A stretch of DNA of 64,000 nt, from assembly GCF_009914755.1 (NCBI RefSeq), contig NC_060932.1; one strand, 5' to 3'. Below the pieces are notes generated by a model. It was given only the letters and a program-made list of their open reading frames with translations, made no database searches and was not told the DNA's origin. Each line of letters opens with the position of its first letter. Within the stretch, counting starts at the first letter, position 1. The translations under genes were made by a program, and so were the position numbers. This document shows positions 14,377-27,884 of the stretch, one piece after another. Source of the stretch: the human T2T-CHM13v2.0 reference genome, Homo sapiens.

Positions 14377-14660
14377 CCAGGCAGATCCCAGCAACCCTGA
14401 TGGGCAAGGTGGGGCTCAGGAAGATCCCACCAACCCTGATGGGCGAGATGGGGTCCAGGCAAGGCCCTCCAACCCTGATGGGCAAGGCGGGATTCAGGAA
14501 GATCTCACCAACCCTGATGGGCAAGGTGGGATTCAGGAAGATCCCACCAAACCTGATGGGCGAGGCAGGGTCCAGGCAGGGCCCTCCAACCCTTATGGGC
14601 GAGGTGGGGTCCAGCCAGATCCCACCAACCCTGATGGGCAAGGCGGGGTCCAGGCAGGCC
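14377..14660. repeat. 39-bp VNTR, ~7 copies
   Basis: Unit caaccctgatgggcaaggtggggctcaggaagatcccac; length divisible by 3 gives 13-aa periodic ORFs on both strands. Confidence 0.95.
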
Positions 14661-15759
14661 TCCCTCTCTTTGCTTTAGTTGTTTGTCCCTTTTTGTCTCC
14701 TTGACCCAACTCAACCCAAAAATCCACCAATCTAATGGGCGTGGGTGGATTTTTTGTTCTATTATGTTTTGGCCAAATGTGCACATGGAATCCATACATA
14801 TTTCCAGTTTCCATAAATGACCCCATCAGGCTCTTGCCCTTTTCCCTCCGCACTGCCCTAGGGTCATCGAATGTTTTCCTTCCGCCTGCTGACAAGTGTG
14901 CCACGGGGGACCCCCATTCCCCCATTTCCCCACAACAGGCACCCAGGCATCCTCAAACTCCCACACCACAAATACACACCTGGCACTTCCCCTCCACAAG
15001 GGAGAATTCCCTGGGGCCATGCACCCAAGAGTGCAGATGCCAGGCACAGGCCACGGGTGTGCCCACCTTGATCAGTGGCACCTCCAGACCACAGCCTGCC
15101 TACCTATCACCATCCAGCTTTTTAGCCTCACCCCATCCTTCTCTCGCCACAGCCAGCACACCAGTCGCAGCCCCAGTCATGCCAAAGATCCTAATAAAAA
15201 CCCTCCCAGCAGGGCCCTGGGACATCCTGCAATGGACAGGCATGGTGCTCAGCTGCAACTGGTGAGCTGCAATTCCTGGATATTTACAAAGGAAAATGTA
15301 ATTTTATTTTCATTTTCTGTATAATGTAATTAATGCTTTAGTTTTACCCCAAGATCATAACTGAAGTGACCAGTGCCTGGCAGGATGTCTGGGGGCCTCG
15401 GCGTGGGGATTTGCATGTACACGTGTGGGCTACACGTGTGGGGATGCACGTGCATCCGCATGTGGACTATCACATGGGTTAGAAACCCGTCAAGTGCCTT
15501 CTCCCACCTGGAATCCACCTGTCTGTGTCTCTGAGCCATCCGGCCTGAGTTCTCCTCCCCTGAAATCTTGCATGGGAATGGGAGCTCACGGGTGTGTCCT
15601 CGGTGCTAAGCTGAGACTCCACTGGAAGCCGGGCTGATTGGGGAAGAGCAGAGCCCTGAAGCCACAGGCTCAGCTGGACTCTGGCACTGCCCCCTTCCCC
15701 CTGACTCTGACCAGACCCTGCCTCTCAGCCTCTGGTCTACATCCCAGCCTCCAGCCCCA

Positions 15760-16183
15760 CAGAATCAGGGTCAAAAACAGAAACTGCCCAACACCCATCA
15801 GCAGAAAGACAGATGGATGTGGATAAGCAGGTCACAGATGGGACACTACAGAGGCCAGCAGCCAGCACGAGTGGCAGCGAGGATGAACGCAACACCTCGT
15901 GCTGAGCTGCAGAAGCCTGCAGACTGCACAGCGGGCGCCCTTTACATAAATGCCAGGGCTGCGGACACAGCAGATCGGCTGCTATGGGCTGGGTGGGCGA
16001 GTGGGGTGAGGAGGCGAGTGGGGTGGGGGAGGCTGACCCCCAGTCCAGGTGAGCTTTGGGAGGTGATGGGAATGCGCTGTCTGGATTGTGCTGGTGGTTA
16101 TGTTACAGATTTGTCAAAACACATCAAACTGCCACTTCAAACGGGGCATTTTATGGCATGTCAATTACACATCAATAAAGTTG
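15760..16183 (+). mobile_element. L1M (MB/ME-like) 3' UTR fragment
   Basis: ggtgatgggaatg...tggattgtgctggtggtta...atttgtcaaaacacatcaaactg...tcaattacacatcaataaagttg. Confidence 0.75.
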
Positions 16184-16910
16184 GCCGTTGACTGTACAAA
16201 GAGGAGAGGGTGATTTCCAAGTCGCAGCACCAGTGGGAGGGGTCTTCATTATTCCGTCGATTTGCCACAGGCCTCAGGAGGAAAGGGGTGGCCAGCAGCC
16301 CTGGGGACTGGGAGGCGGGAGTTCACCACCGCGGCCCTGCCCGCTGCCCACACTCCTACCCGAGACTCCCACCATCCCTGGGCATCTGAGCCGCAGGAGC
16401 ACAGCTGACTGTCATCAATACCGTTCCTTAATTAAGCGGTAATTGGTTCTCTAAAGATATTTATTGACTTCAAGTGTCTATGTAATCAGACGTATCTTAC
16501 ACAGTTGTAAAGGCTCGTTAATTTATTTTAATAATTAAGTGGCACTTAATGAAATAGAAATAACTGTCCAACCTCATCCACACTAGACCTTGAAGACACC
16601 TGACTTGATGGGCCCCTATACAGCCACCAGAACCTCTGACCATCCTGGGGCCCCAGCCAGGGGACAAGCAGGCTGTGTGTGGACAGACCCCATGAAGCTG
16701 GGGGGTGTCCAGGATGGAATGAACCCTGACACCCACCTGTCTGAGGCCTCAGCACCACATCCTGCAGAAATGGTCCTGAGAGAGACACAGAATCGAGGTC
16801 CCAGCCCCAGGCTTCTTGGTCCCCTGGGATCAGGTCTCCATCCAAGTCCCTCCTGCCCGCTCGGGTGGGGGCACAGACGACCAGCTCCTGCTGGGCATTT
16901 CCACCATGGT

Positions 16911-17020
16911 GCGTTGAATCCTCATGCCTGCCCTATAAGGTTATTCCCATGTTTCAGATGAGGAAACTGAGGCGTAGCAAGATGTGGTAACTTTGCCCAC
17001 AGTGACCAGGTGGAGGGGCA
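16911..17020 (-). mobile_element. MIR SINE
   Basis: ttattcccatgtttcagatgaggaaactgaggc...taactttgcccacagtgac. Confidence 0.8.
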
Positions 17021-17184
17021 GTGCCAGGAGGTGCTCAGCACACCAAGGCCGCCTCCAGGCCGCACACAGAGGTGGCTGCCTCCTTCCCCCGCTGGGAGGC
17101 ATAGACGGCCAGGAGATGCACGCGGCCCCAGCCAGCCCTCGGGTTCATCTCTGCCAGAATCTGCCTGCTTTGCCCAGTGAATCA

Positions 17185-17285
17185 AATATTTTAAACTATT
17201 TTAATTGGTATTCAATAGTTAAAATGCACGTGGTACAAAATTAAAAAGATGCACAAGTGCACACTGGAAAGCAAGGCTCCCGTCC
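17185..17285 (-). mobile_element. L1ME 3' terminal fragment
   Basis: atgcacgtggtacaaaattaaaaagatgcaca...gaaagcaaggctccc resembles the antisense L1ME4 end. Confidence 0.55.
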
Positions 17286-19747
17286 TCCGGCCACAGGCAG
17301 CTCCTCAGCGGCCTCTGGGGCCTGGGCGTCACCCTCACCCTTCATTCACTGTCAGGTGGACTGAGACCCACCTGCCTCTCTGAAAGGCAAACGTCTCCAA
17401 AGACCAGCTCATCTGGGGACAAAAATCTACTTGAACTGACCCAAGGCTGCCGATGGACTTTACCATCACTCTGTAGAGTTTGCTGGTGCAGGTTTTGCTG
17501 CAGAAATGTTCATGAGTTCTAGATCTGAAGTGTTATGGAACAGGCGGCTTCTTTCTTTTCTAAAAGCTAAGAAAATGCCAAATGCCAAAAGACAGCTAAT
17601 AGGTAAATGCATCTCAGCATCTCAGGCCCATGGGGTCTGGAGTGATTCCTACCTTGGCTGTGGAGACTCCAGAACAGCAGGGCCCTGGCGGCGGGTGGCA
17701 AGGCTTTAGGACTGACCTGGGCTCCAGTCCTGGGTGTGGCATTTGCAGCTGCAGGACCTCGGGCCGGTCACCTTACTGCTGGAGTCCCAGCTCCTCCCCA
17801 GCAAAGTAGCGTGGACAGCAGGACCCCCTTTCAAAGGCTGTTGCAGGAGCAAATGAAATGCCATGTCTTTGGCCTGGAACCCATGAGGAGGCTCCAAAGT
17901 GTCACCTGCGTGATGATTTCGAGGGCAGGGGAGAGAAAAGAGCTCGGTCCTGGAGCCCCTCCAAGCCCCTGCCATCATGGCTGAGAGGAGGTGGCTTCAC
18001 ACTCCCTGTGAAGGAGAAATCATCGTGGGTGCCTCTAGACTGTCGGGAAAACAAAGTGAGATGTAAGTGTAAAGTGCTTGGCACGTAGCAGGACTGCCGT
18101 ACGTCAGTGCTGGGAGTGGAGAGGGCCCTGGAGGTTAGGGGTCAGGTCCACAGGGGCCATTTGGAGCCCAGGTTTGTTTTTGGGCCCAGTACTTCGTGTC
18201 CCGCCCAGAGCAGCCCAGGGACAGTGTGCTCCAGAGCCCCTTCCAGGTTCTCCAGGGGAGAAGAGTGGCCCAGGGCCTCCAGAGCTGTCCCCACACCCAC
18301 ATCCCTGTCTATGCAGGGCCCATACTGCCCAGGTCAAGGGGGACGGGATGGCAGGGATCCCAGGGAGGCAGTGCCACCTCCCAGAGCAAACACTTCCTCA
18401 GAGCCCAGCAGCCCTCGGGGAGGTGCACTCACAGCCGCTGGCAGTTTTCTGGAACTTGGCCTCCTGAAGTGGGCTGGAAATTCCTGGAAAATGTTGAGGT
18501 CCCTTCCAGCTCTGGAGCCTAGGACGTTAAGTCACCTGGTTCTGCTAGGAAGCAGCAGGGCTCAGGGGCTACAGGGATAACCCAGAGGCGGAGGTCCAGC
18601 GATGTGACTGCGGTTTGTCGGCCAAGCACCGATGTGTGATTTCTCACTTGGGAAATGGAGACGGTGCAGCCCGGATCCCAGAGGGTGTCCTCGGGGCAGA
18701 GGCCGCTGTGCAGAATGTGGAGCACTGTCCCACACCAGAGCCAGCAGTCCTAGGCGGAGCCTCTGGGACAGGTGCTTTTGGGGCAGACAGGGAGGCCTCC
18801 TGGGCACGCAGGTGGGGCCAGAGATGTGCACAAGAAACAGATGCCAACAGCCACGGGCCTCCCTGTTTCCATGAGAACTCAGTCCTCACTGGCTATAGGA
18901 ACATCTCACACCAATTCTGAACTCATTTTCAATTGTCCCTCTAACTGGACAGGCACTCCCCGCCTAACTGCACACGTGGCAGGCAGCATTCTCCCGGGAA
19001 GCCCGCGCAGAGGGCAAAATTGCACACATATGCTGGGTGCACACTTGGAGCCAGGCTGCTCCAGGCCCCCGGATGCCATGCCAAGCACGAATATTAACGC
19101 CATTAATATTCGTGGCTGCCTGGCGAGGCTTGACGGGGTGGCGGCGCCTGCTAGTCCACCTGGTTGCCTCCAGCACAGAGCTGGGATTGGAACCCACATC
19201 AGCGCCCTTTCCAGTAAACATCTCCCCTGGCTCGGAAGGCAGCGCCTCCTGTCCATAATTAAATGGCAGCATGTCTGTGGTCTGGCAGGGCTCCTATCAA
19301 AATAATGAGGCCTCGAAGACAAAACGAGCAAATCCCTTGCTCCCAGAACAAACCCGGAACTGTCAGGACTCCCATCCCAGCCTCTAGCCGGGCGGGCCTC
19401 CTTCATGACCCACTGGGCAGAGCCCTTTCCCAGGGTTGGGGGGGAAACTCCAGAGGCACAGGCCCCTCCCTGGAGTAAAAGTGTCCGGAACAGCTGGAAC
19501 AAAAGCAGTTTGCGGGTGATCAAGCCCCAGAGCATTTGCCAGAATTCCCAGCAGCCTGGGGTCAGGTTCTCGAAAGTTCCTGAGAGTCTAGTGCCAGATC
19601 TGGCAGCCTGGGGCTGATTCCATTCCATGTGGGACACAGTCAGGCCCAGGTTTGAATCCCAGCCTGGCCTCTCCTTAGCTGCCCGACCTTGAGTGTCAAC
19701 TCCCTCTTGAAGGCCTGGAGGCCGAGTCCTGGTCCTGCTGTGCCAGG

Positions 19748-20297
19748 CGTGGTACACAGGTGCGTGGTGCACAGGTGTGTGGGTGCACAGGTCCGGGGTT
19801 GCACAGATGCGTGGTGCACAGGTACATGGGTGCACAGGTGCGTGGGTACACAGGTGTGTGATGCAAAGGTGTGTAGTGCACAGGTGTGTCAGTGCACAGG
19901 TGCGTGGGTGCACAGGTGTGTTGGTGCACAGGTGCATGGGTGCACAGATGCATGGTGCACAGGTCTGGGGGTACACAGGTGCAGGGGTGCACAGGTGCAT
20001 GGTGCACAGGTGTGTCAGTGCACAGATGTGTGGATGCACAGGTCTGGGGGTGCACAGGTGTGTGGGTGCACAGGTCTTGGGTTGCACAGCTGTGGGGGTG
20101 CACAGGTGCATGGTACACAGGTGTGTGGGTGCACAGGTCTGGGGGTACACAGGTGTGTGGGTGCACAGGCCTGGGGGTGCACAGGTGTGTGGTTGCACAG
20201 GTCTGGGGGTGCACAGGTGCATGGTGCACAGGTGTGTCAGTGCACAGGTGTGTGGGTGCACAGGTCCGGGGGTGCACAGGTGCATGGGTGCACGGGC
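19748..20297. repeat. Minisatellite built on GTGCACAGGT, units ~16-18 bp, ~30 copies
   Basis: Repeating ggtgcacaggt(gtgtg/gcat/ctggg); source of ORFs in nearly all frames, including the 522-aa ORF. Confidence 0.96.
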
Positions 20298-20424
20298 ATG
20301 TGCTCTGTAAACAGCAAGGTGTTGGCCGACTGTGATAGCCGTTATGCACCCTTCCCTGCCAACCTGGATGCACCACCCCATGCCCAACCCACTGCCCCAC
20401 CTCCTTAAAGATGGACCTTGAGAA

Positions 20425-21201
<777 letters not shown>

Positions 21202-21551
21202 TCAGCCTAGGTCCACCTGTGCCTGCACGCTCTGGCCATTGCCACGCCACTAATGTGCACCTCTGATTTCCACATCTGAAGGATTCACGATGGATGGAGG
21301 GGTAAACTCAGTGACCCAGCAGGCCGGGGCAGATGGAGCACCTCTCTGAATCCTGGAAGCTGGTGTGCTGCTGTGATCACCTTAACGTGGTCACCACATG
21401 GCGCCAACCCATGGGCCGTGCCTGCCTGGTCCTGGCCACTGCCATCAGCCAGCAAACAGCTTGTTCTTCCAGCAGGTTCATGTTGGACCAGCAACCTAGG
21501 ACCGCCCCCCCACCCAGCTGAGTCTGAGCCCCATTTTAAGAAAACCCAGTA

Positions 21552-21799
21552 GACTGGGCGTAGTGGCTCCTGCCTGTAATCCCAGCACTTTGGAAGGCAG
21601 AGGCAGGAAGATCACTTAAAGCCCAGAATTTGAGACCAGTCTGGCCAACATGGCGAAATCCCGTCTCTACTAAAAATATGAAAATTCTGTAATCCCAGCT
21701 ACTGGGGAGGCTGAGACAGGAGAATCGCTTGAACCCAGGAAGCAGAGGTTGCGGTGAGCCAAGAACCCACTCCACACCAGCCTCAAAAATGGAAAAGAA
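21552..21799 (+). mobile_element. AluS/J with internal deletions
   Basis: Left arm intact; right-arm start and pre-tail segment missing; TSD aagaaaacccagt(a/g) at 21538-21551 and 21800-21813. Confidence 0.9.
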
Positions 21800-23904
21800 A
21801 AGAAAACCCAGTGTATAAAATACAGCTCCAAGGCAGTGGTAATTTACTTCAATTGCCAAATATGCCAAATAAACTGCCAAAATAGTCCTTCAATTTACTG
21901 AGCTCTGCCAGACCCTGTATCTCCTGCAGCATTCACGTGGCATCCTCCTGAGGCAGGTGCCACCCTTGGTTCAGCCACCTGCCTGTCCCGGGTCTCTAGG
22001 GTCAGCCAATGGCAGGGCCAGGCTCAGAGCTTTGTCCATCTGGGAGCATGTCTCTCCTGAGCACAAGGCCTACACACTGGACAGGTGCACAATTCACGTC
22101 CCCCATCAGGTGCCCTCCAGACACAAGCACTTGTCATCCCCAGATTTTCTCAAACACCTCCCAGCCTTCCGAGGCCCCTGATGGCCTCTCTGAGAAGCAC
22201 CGGTGCCTCCCCGCACCACCGCCAGCACTGCCCTCCCTGCCTTGTTCAGCTCTCTCTCGGGCCCCTCCTTGCTAGTCTGCCCTAGGACACAGCCATGAGC
22301 CAGCCTGCCTCCTGCCACAGCACAGACCTGCTGCAGTGTGGGCATCCAGTCAGCTCAGTAATGAGTGTGGAACTCTGGGATCAAAAGCACCCATCAAGCC
22401 TAAGCAGGGACGGGGCCCCTGGGGAGACTCCCCAAACCCCAGGCCTGGAGCCCACGTCCTGGCCTCAGTAAAGCTGGGTGAGCTCAGTCCCGGGGAAGCC
22501 CCGGGCAGCACAGGCAGTGGGGTGTGGAGGATGGACAAGTGCTAGGGGAGCAAGGCGACTGTCACCCTCAGCCATACTGCTGCCCAGAGAAGCCAGGGGA
22601 GTGCCAGCTCATAGCCCCCGGGGCACGCAGCGTGGAAGGGCCATGGCTGAGGGACACCTACTCCATCCTGACAGCTGGCCATGTGACACGATGGAAATAG
22701 AGCCACAGTTTATGGTGGTTTGCTGTTCTCTGATAACACGGAAGCTCTCTTGAAAATGTGATTTCCTTGTCGTGCTGAACAGAACAGAATGGTGTGAGAA
22801 GATGCAGCTGAAGTAGCAGGTGACAGGACTTTTGAGCATTTGCCCTGGGCTGTCCTGGGGATTCCTCGCCAGGGGAGCACTGTTGATCCCGAGTCCCACA
22901 GCCCGAGCTGGGTCCATGCTCTGCGGAGTTCAGCAGCTCAATACGCCAAGGCCAGGTATGTGGCTAAACATTGCAGAGTCAGCTCCGTCCCCCTAGGAAG
23001 AGGCATTGAGTCCAGGTGCAGCCTAGAACTACAAGGCCTGTCGGGGACCAAGCTGCCCTTGTCTCCCCCGGGCTGCAGGCAGAGAAATGTCAGCATTTAG
23101 GATCAATCACAGCTAACAGATCTTGAGAAACAGAAGCCGCATAGAAGCCATGGCGTCCCTGTGACTTGCACTTAGGATCTTGGGGGGCTCCCCTACCCCT
23201 GCTCCTCAGCCCCTGCTTCCCTGGACACAGGCCGGCCTCCCCGCCTCACTGCCGTCGGGCCTTCACGGAGCCCGAGCACCTGGAAGGGCTCGAACTCTGA
23301 AATCTGCATTCCTCTCCCAGCCTGGCCCTGCTTCCAATACAGAGCCACACGCCAGCAACTGACGGGGCAGGTGGCTACCGCATGAACACCAGGCCTGCGG
23401 GTCACCACCCAATCACTCACCACCCACCACCAGGGCTCTCACATTGACAGTGGACGGGGGGCCCTCCAAGGCAGCTGTGGGAGATGGCCCCTGGTCCCTC
23501 AAAAGGCTCTAGCTCACCTGCCCTATCTGGGGGGACAAGGTGGCCATTCCATCTGGGAAGGGTCTTCACATCTGGAAATGGCCTAAGAAACAATTCTGTG
23601 GAATCCTCCTTTCTCTGATGAGGACACGGTGTCTCTGAGAAGGGGACATGAATGGATGGAGGCCACCACTAGCCAGAGGCAGAACAGGAGCTGAGCCCGG
23701 GGACTCAAGGGTTGGCCCTTTGGGGAGAACTTCTCAGAGCAGAGAGGAGAAACTCCATGGGGGCATGGGAAGCCTCTTCTGTGCCTGTTAAGTCGAATCC
23801 CCCCACTCCCTCCAGGTCAGGGCCCTCGTTAATCCCTTGGTGATCTGCGCACTCACCCCTTTCACAAGTCTAACCTGAAAGTCTTCCTCTGGCCGGGCTC
23901 TTCC

Positions 23905-24157
23905 TGTGGACAGAGAGACACAGGCGTGGCAGTGCAGGGACAGAGGGACATAGGTGTGGTGGCACAGAACAGAGGGACACAGGCAGACAAAGGGACAGAG
24001 GCGTGGTGGTGCAGGAACACAGGCATAGTGGTGCAGGACAGAGGGACACAGATATGGTGATGCAGGGACAAAGAGACACAGGTGTGGCCATGCAGAAACA
24101 GAGGGACACAGGTGAACAGAGGGACACAGGCAGACAGAGGGACACAGGCATGGCAGA
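23905..24157. repeat. Degenerate minisatellite (acagagggacacagg core, ~17-31 bp units)
   Basis: About 8 recurrences of (c)agagggacacagg variants. Confidence 0.85.
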
Positions 24158-27100
24158 GCAGGGTGGGGGTGCTATTAACCCCACGCGTGGGACCAGAGAA
24201 CATTCTGGGGTGATGAGATCTGGACCTCAGAGGCCAACCACAGTTTCCCTGCCGAGGACAAGAAGCTGAGGTCACCCACAACCTTCCATCACCAAAGGTC
24301 AGTCATCTGCAGGGCCCATGCCGAGAGGGTGGAGTGGCGGTCAGGCCTCCTTTGTCCCTCTTCAGCTTGCCGTCCCCTTGCTGGCAGAGGCCGGGACCGG
24401 TGCTGCCAAGGAGGCAGTGAGAAGCCCTGGACCAGAGCCTGGCAGGATGGAGAGACGGCAGGTGACAGGACAGCAGGGCCTGGAGAGAGGCAGCTGGTGA
24501 CTTTCGGCACCCAGGCCTGCTCTCTGCAGCCTGGACTATGCAAGGCTAAGGCCGGAGCAGCAGGCTCTGCCCGGAGTCAACAGCTCAGCAACGCTCCAGC
24601 ACACGCTCCAGGTGGCATGAGGTTTCAGGGACCTGGAGGTGAGGCAAGGCTACCTTCTCCAGTCCACAGGAGGACACAGCCTTCCAAAGGGAATGTCTGG
24701 TTCTCCCAGCCTGCAGGGCCTTGACCTTGGCCTGGCCATGGCCCCTGGACTGCTTCTTCCACTTCAAACTGAGTGAAGCCCTGGGTCCTGTCGAGCTGGC
24801 TGCACCACTGTGAGAATTGATTAAAACAACACGGAGAAGCAAACGGCGCAGAAGGTGGTAGGTGAGGAAGATGAGGTTGAAGAAAAGAGTGAAAACCCTT
24901 CTGGAAAAGCCCTCGGGGACATCAGCCTCCATCGCGTTCACCTGCTGGTAGACGCTGCAGGGAGATTGGCGCCCTGGCATCCTTTCTCTGGTAGATGCTT
25001 TGGGGAGACTGGCACCCCGGTATCCATTCTCTGCTTCTTTTCAATTTTGGGGAGACACAGGGCCACCTGAACAAAAGCCTGATTTGCCTCCTCTTTGGGG
25101 CTAGGAGTGACCAGGCTCTGATCCTCAGGATGGAACCAAGGTGACCAGATAACTTCTGGGTCATGCCCTTGAAAGAGAGGGTGCCTGCCCTTCCCCTTCT
25201 CCCTGCATGCAGCTGGAGGGCAGACACGCTGGACAAGCCATGCCTGAGGGTCTTGCCCAGCAGTAGGTTCCAGAGCCTCTGTTCCAGACCTGCCATTCCC
25301 CCTGGCTTACCTGGAAGTGTGACCCCAATGTATTTGGGTTATCCATCACATACAAGGAACCAGAGCCTAGCAAGTGCACCTGCTGACTGCATTCTTTCTC
25401 CTGAGTTGTAGAAATCCAGCCACATTTGCAAACCTGCTCCAACACTCAGTAGGACCAACTCATTGTAGAAATGCAGGCAGGGCAATGTCCCCAGCTTGGC
25501 TTGACTTGAGGCTCCGTGCACCTTCAGGTTCTCATCTTGTCGGCAACCTGTGTAGCACGGGCCCTGCTGCTGGCCGGGGTCAGGCAGGAGGAGTCCAGGA
25601 CTCCTGCTTATGGCTGAACAGGGTCCCCTCCCCTCATCTGCTGAAGACTTCTGTTGTCTCCTTATGAAATTCATCCCTTGGACCAGCTGGCCTCTAATGC
25701 CTCGTATTTCCATGAGATTCTGTTATTCTAAGGAGAATGAACCTGACTTTTTTCTTTCTGCTACAGACACCTAAGCGTACAAAACCAGCTCACTTGGGTT
25801 GGATTCAATTTTTTTCTTTTCAGTAAGCGCAGACTCTGCGGCCAAACTGCCGGGGCTGTGTGATCTCAGCAAGGCCCCACAGCTTCACATACATGCCTTA
25901 AACACACCAACTGAGAATAGTAACCAGTCGTGCACCATTGTCAAGAGCACACACCGAAGAGTTCCCAGCTCCTGTGGGCTTAGAGCGATGCCCTCCCAGC
26001 CCGCCGTTCTCAGTATTATTGGGAGCCGAAGCTACAGGAGTTGCTCGTTCATTCAGTAACTTCCTAAAAGGTCAGGCCTTGTGCCAGGTGTCACAGTCAG
26101 ATGAATCCGACATTGATCCTGCAGGAAGATGGTTACTCAGGAAATTAGAGAGCAAAATAAATAGGAAAAACACCTGCCCGTACATATGCAGCAGAAATCG
26201 AGATGCCACGAGCACTCAGGAGGAGAGGGATCAATGCTGGCTCACGTTCCCGGGAAGGCGTCTAGGAGGTTTATTGACCGTGAGCATGGGCCAAAAAGCA
26301 GAGAGAGCATTTGGATACTCGAGGCTGGCTCTTGCAACCTGATCCTCACTCATGTGGGGAGTTGAGGTTTCTCGATACCTACTATGGACTGCTTGCATTG
26401 ACCTTGGGAGGAAGGTCCCAGGAAGGTCCCAACTGCCCCTGGAGGACCTCAGTCCACACTTAGGAGGGGCGACGGCTCCAACCATCACAAAGGTAAAGAC
26501 TGGGAGGTTAGGGTTATTCTCTTCGAAGAATGGAACAAATGGTAAGTAGATCTAAATCATGGGAAACACCATGAGTCCCCTTGTATTTTGTGCTGGTTAT
26601 TCTGCCCTGTTCCCCCTCAATCCTCTCCCCCTGGGCTGGCCAGTGAACTGGGCCCGAGGCTGACCCTGCTGGGATCTACGTAATCTCTCCCTACTCATCC
26701 AGAAATGTTTGCTAGGCATGTGGGTAAGGCATCTGTGCAGGGCACAGAGAAAACAGGCCAGGGTCCTGAACCCAGCGACCTTGCACTCTAGTGCACAGGT
26801 ACGTGCACCCTAGTGACGGGCTCTGCGGAGGGGGGAAGGTCCTTCTTGTCGCACCCTGCAAGCCCAGTACCCCACAAGCACAGGCAGACCAGCTGCTCAC
26901 TGTGACTGGGGCCACAGCGGCCCTAGGCCAGAGAGGGTTGCCACACAGACACTCAGTGCCAGGAACGATGGCTCTGCACCCAGGAAGCACTGTGAGCAGC
27001 TTTTTGCAGCAGAAGCGACCTTTGTTCTGGCTTCTGGGCCTCTCAGAACACCTGGTGCCATTTCCCTCTCCCCTGCCCTTGGAGGTCCAAGAACCGCAGG

Positions 27101-27884
27101 GGTTCTGGTAGAGTTCCAGGCCTCGGGGCAGAAGAGGCCCTGGCTCATACCCGCATCCTGGAGGGATATCGGTGCCCTGAGCCTTGGCCTGTGCTCCTGA
27201 GGATGGGGTCTTCTGGGGTCTCTAGAGGGGCTGGCTGGTTAGGGCCGTCTAGTTCTTGGATGCCCTTGGTAGGTTGGAACTGAATGCTTGTTGAAGATGT
27301 AACCTAGGTCTCCCCCAAACTCCACTCCTTTCCCAATCCCAACTTCTCACGTTCCTCTCCTCCGGGGCTCCTCCTGGTCCCCAGGCAGCTGGGCCAGAAC
27401 CAGGGCAAAGAGCCTGGATGCCAAGTCACCACCCAGGCATTTGATGCGCAGTTGCTCAGCACGAGTGACAGAGTAGACACCTGGGGCCAGATTCGTCATT
27501 CCCCCTCCCGCCAGCTGGCCAAGAGCCTCCCAGCACTCCCAGAGCCAACACACAAGCCAGCTGCCTCCTCTGCACCCTGGCATGTGGTAGTTGACTTTGA
27601 AGCAGCGATTGATTTCCTGTGTTTGGTGCCATCCCCGCTCCTTTCCATGGACAGGGACTGACCTTCCCATCTGACCGCAGGATACCAGGAGGGTGGGGGC
27701 CATGAGTCTCCAATCCCTGGTGGGGCTAAGCACCACCCTCCATGAAGCCTGTGGTTTCCCTGGGAAACCGGGGACTCCCGCAGAAAAGATTCTTGCCTTC
27801 CTTATCCAACTCAGGACCCACACAGAACTGAATGCCATCTCCCCCAGCTGATCAGCAGGTTGAGTGGGTCTGCGTGACCCTCAT

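Noticed and set aside
14718-14754. Hairpin AAAAATCCACC...GGTGGATTTTT resembling an intrinsic terminator
   Set aside because: Eukaryotic context and a 15-nt loop; within chance range once long loops are allowed
14258-14795. ORFs with 13-aa repeats (DPTNPDGQGG...)
   Set aside because: A 39-bp VNTR keeps several frames open on both strands; no splice or codon evidence
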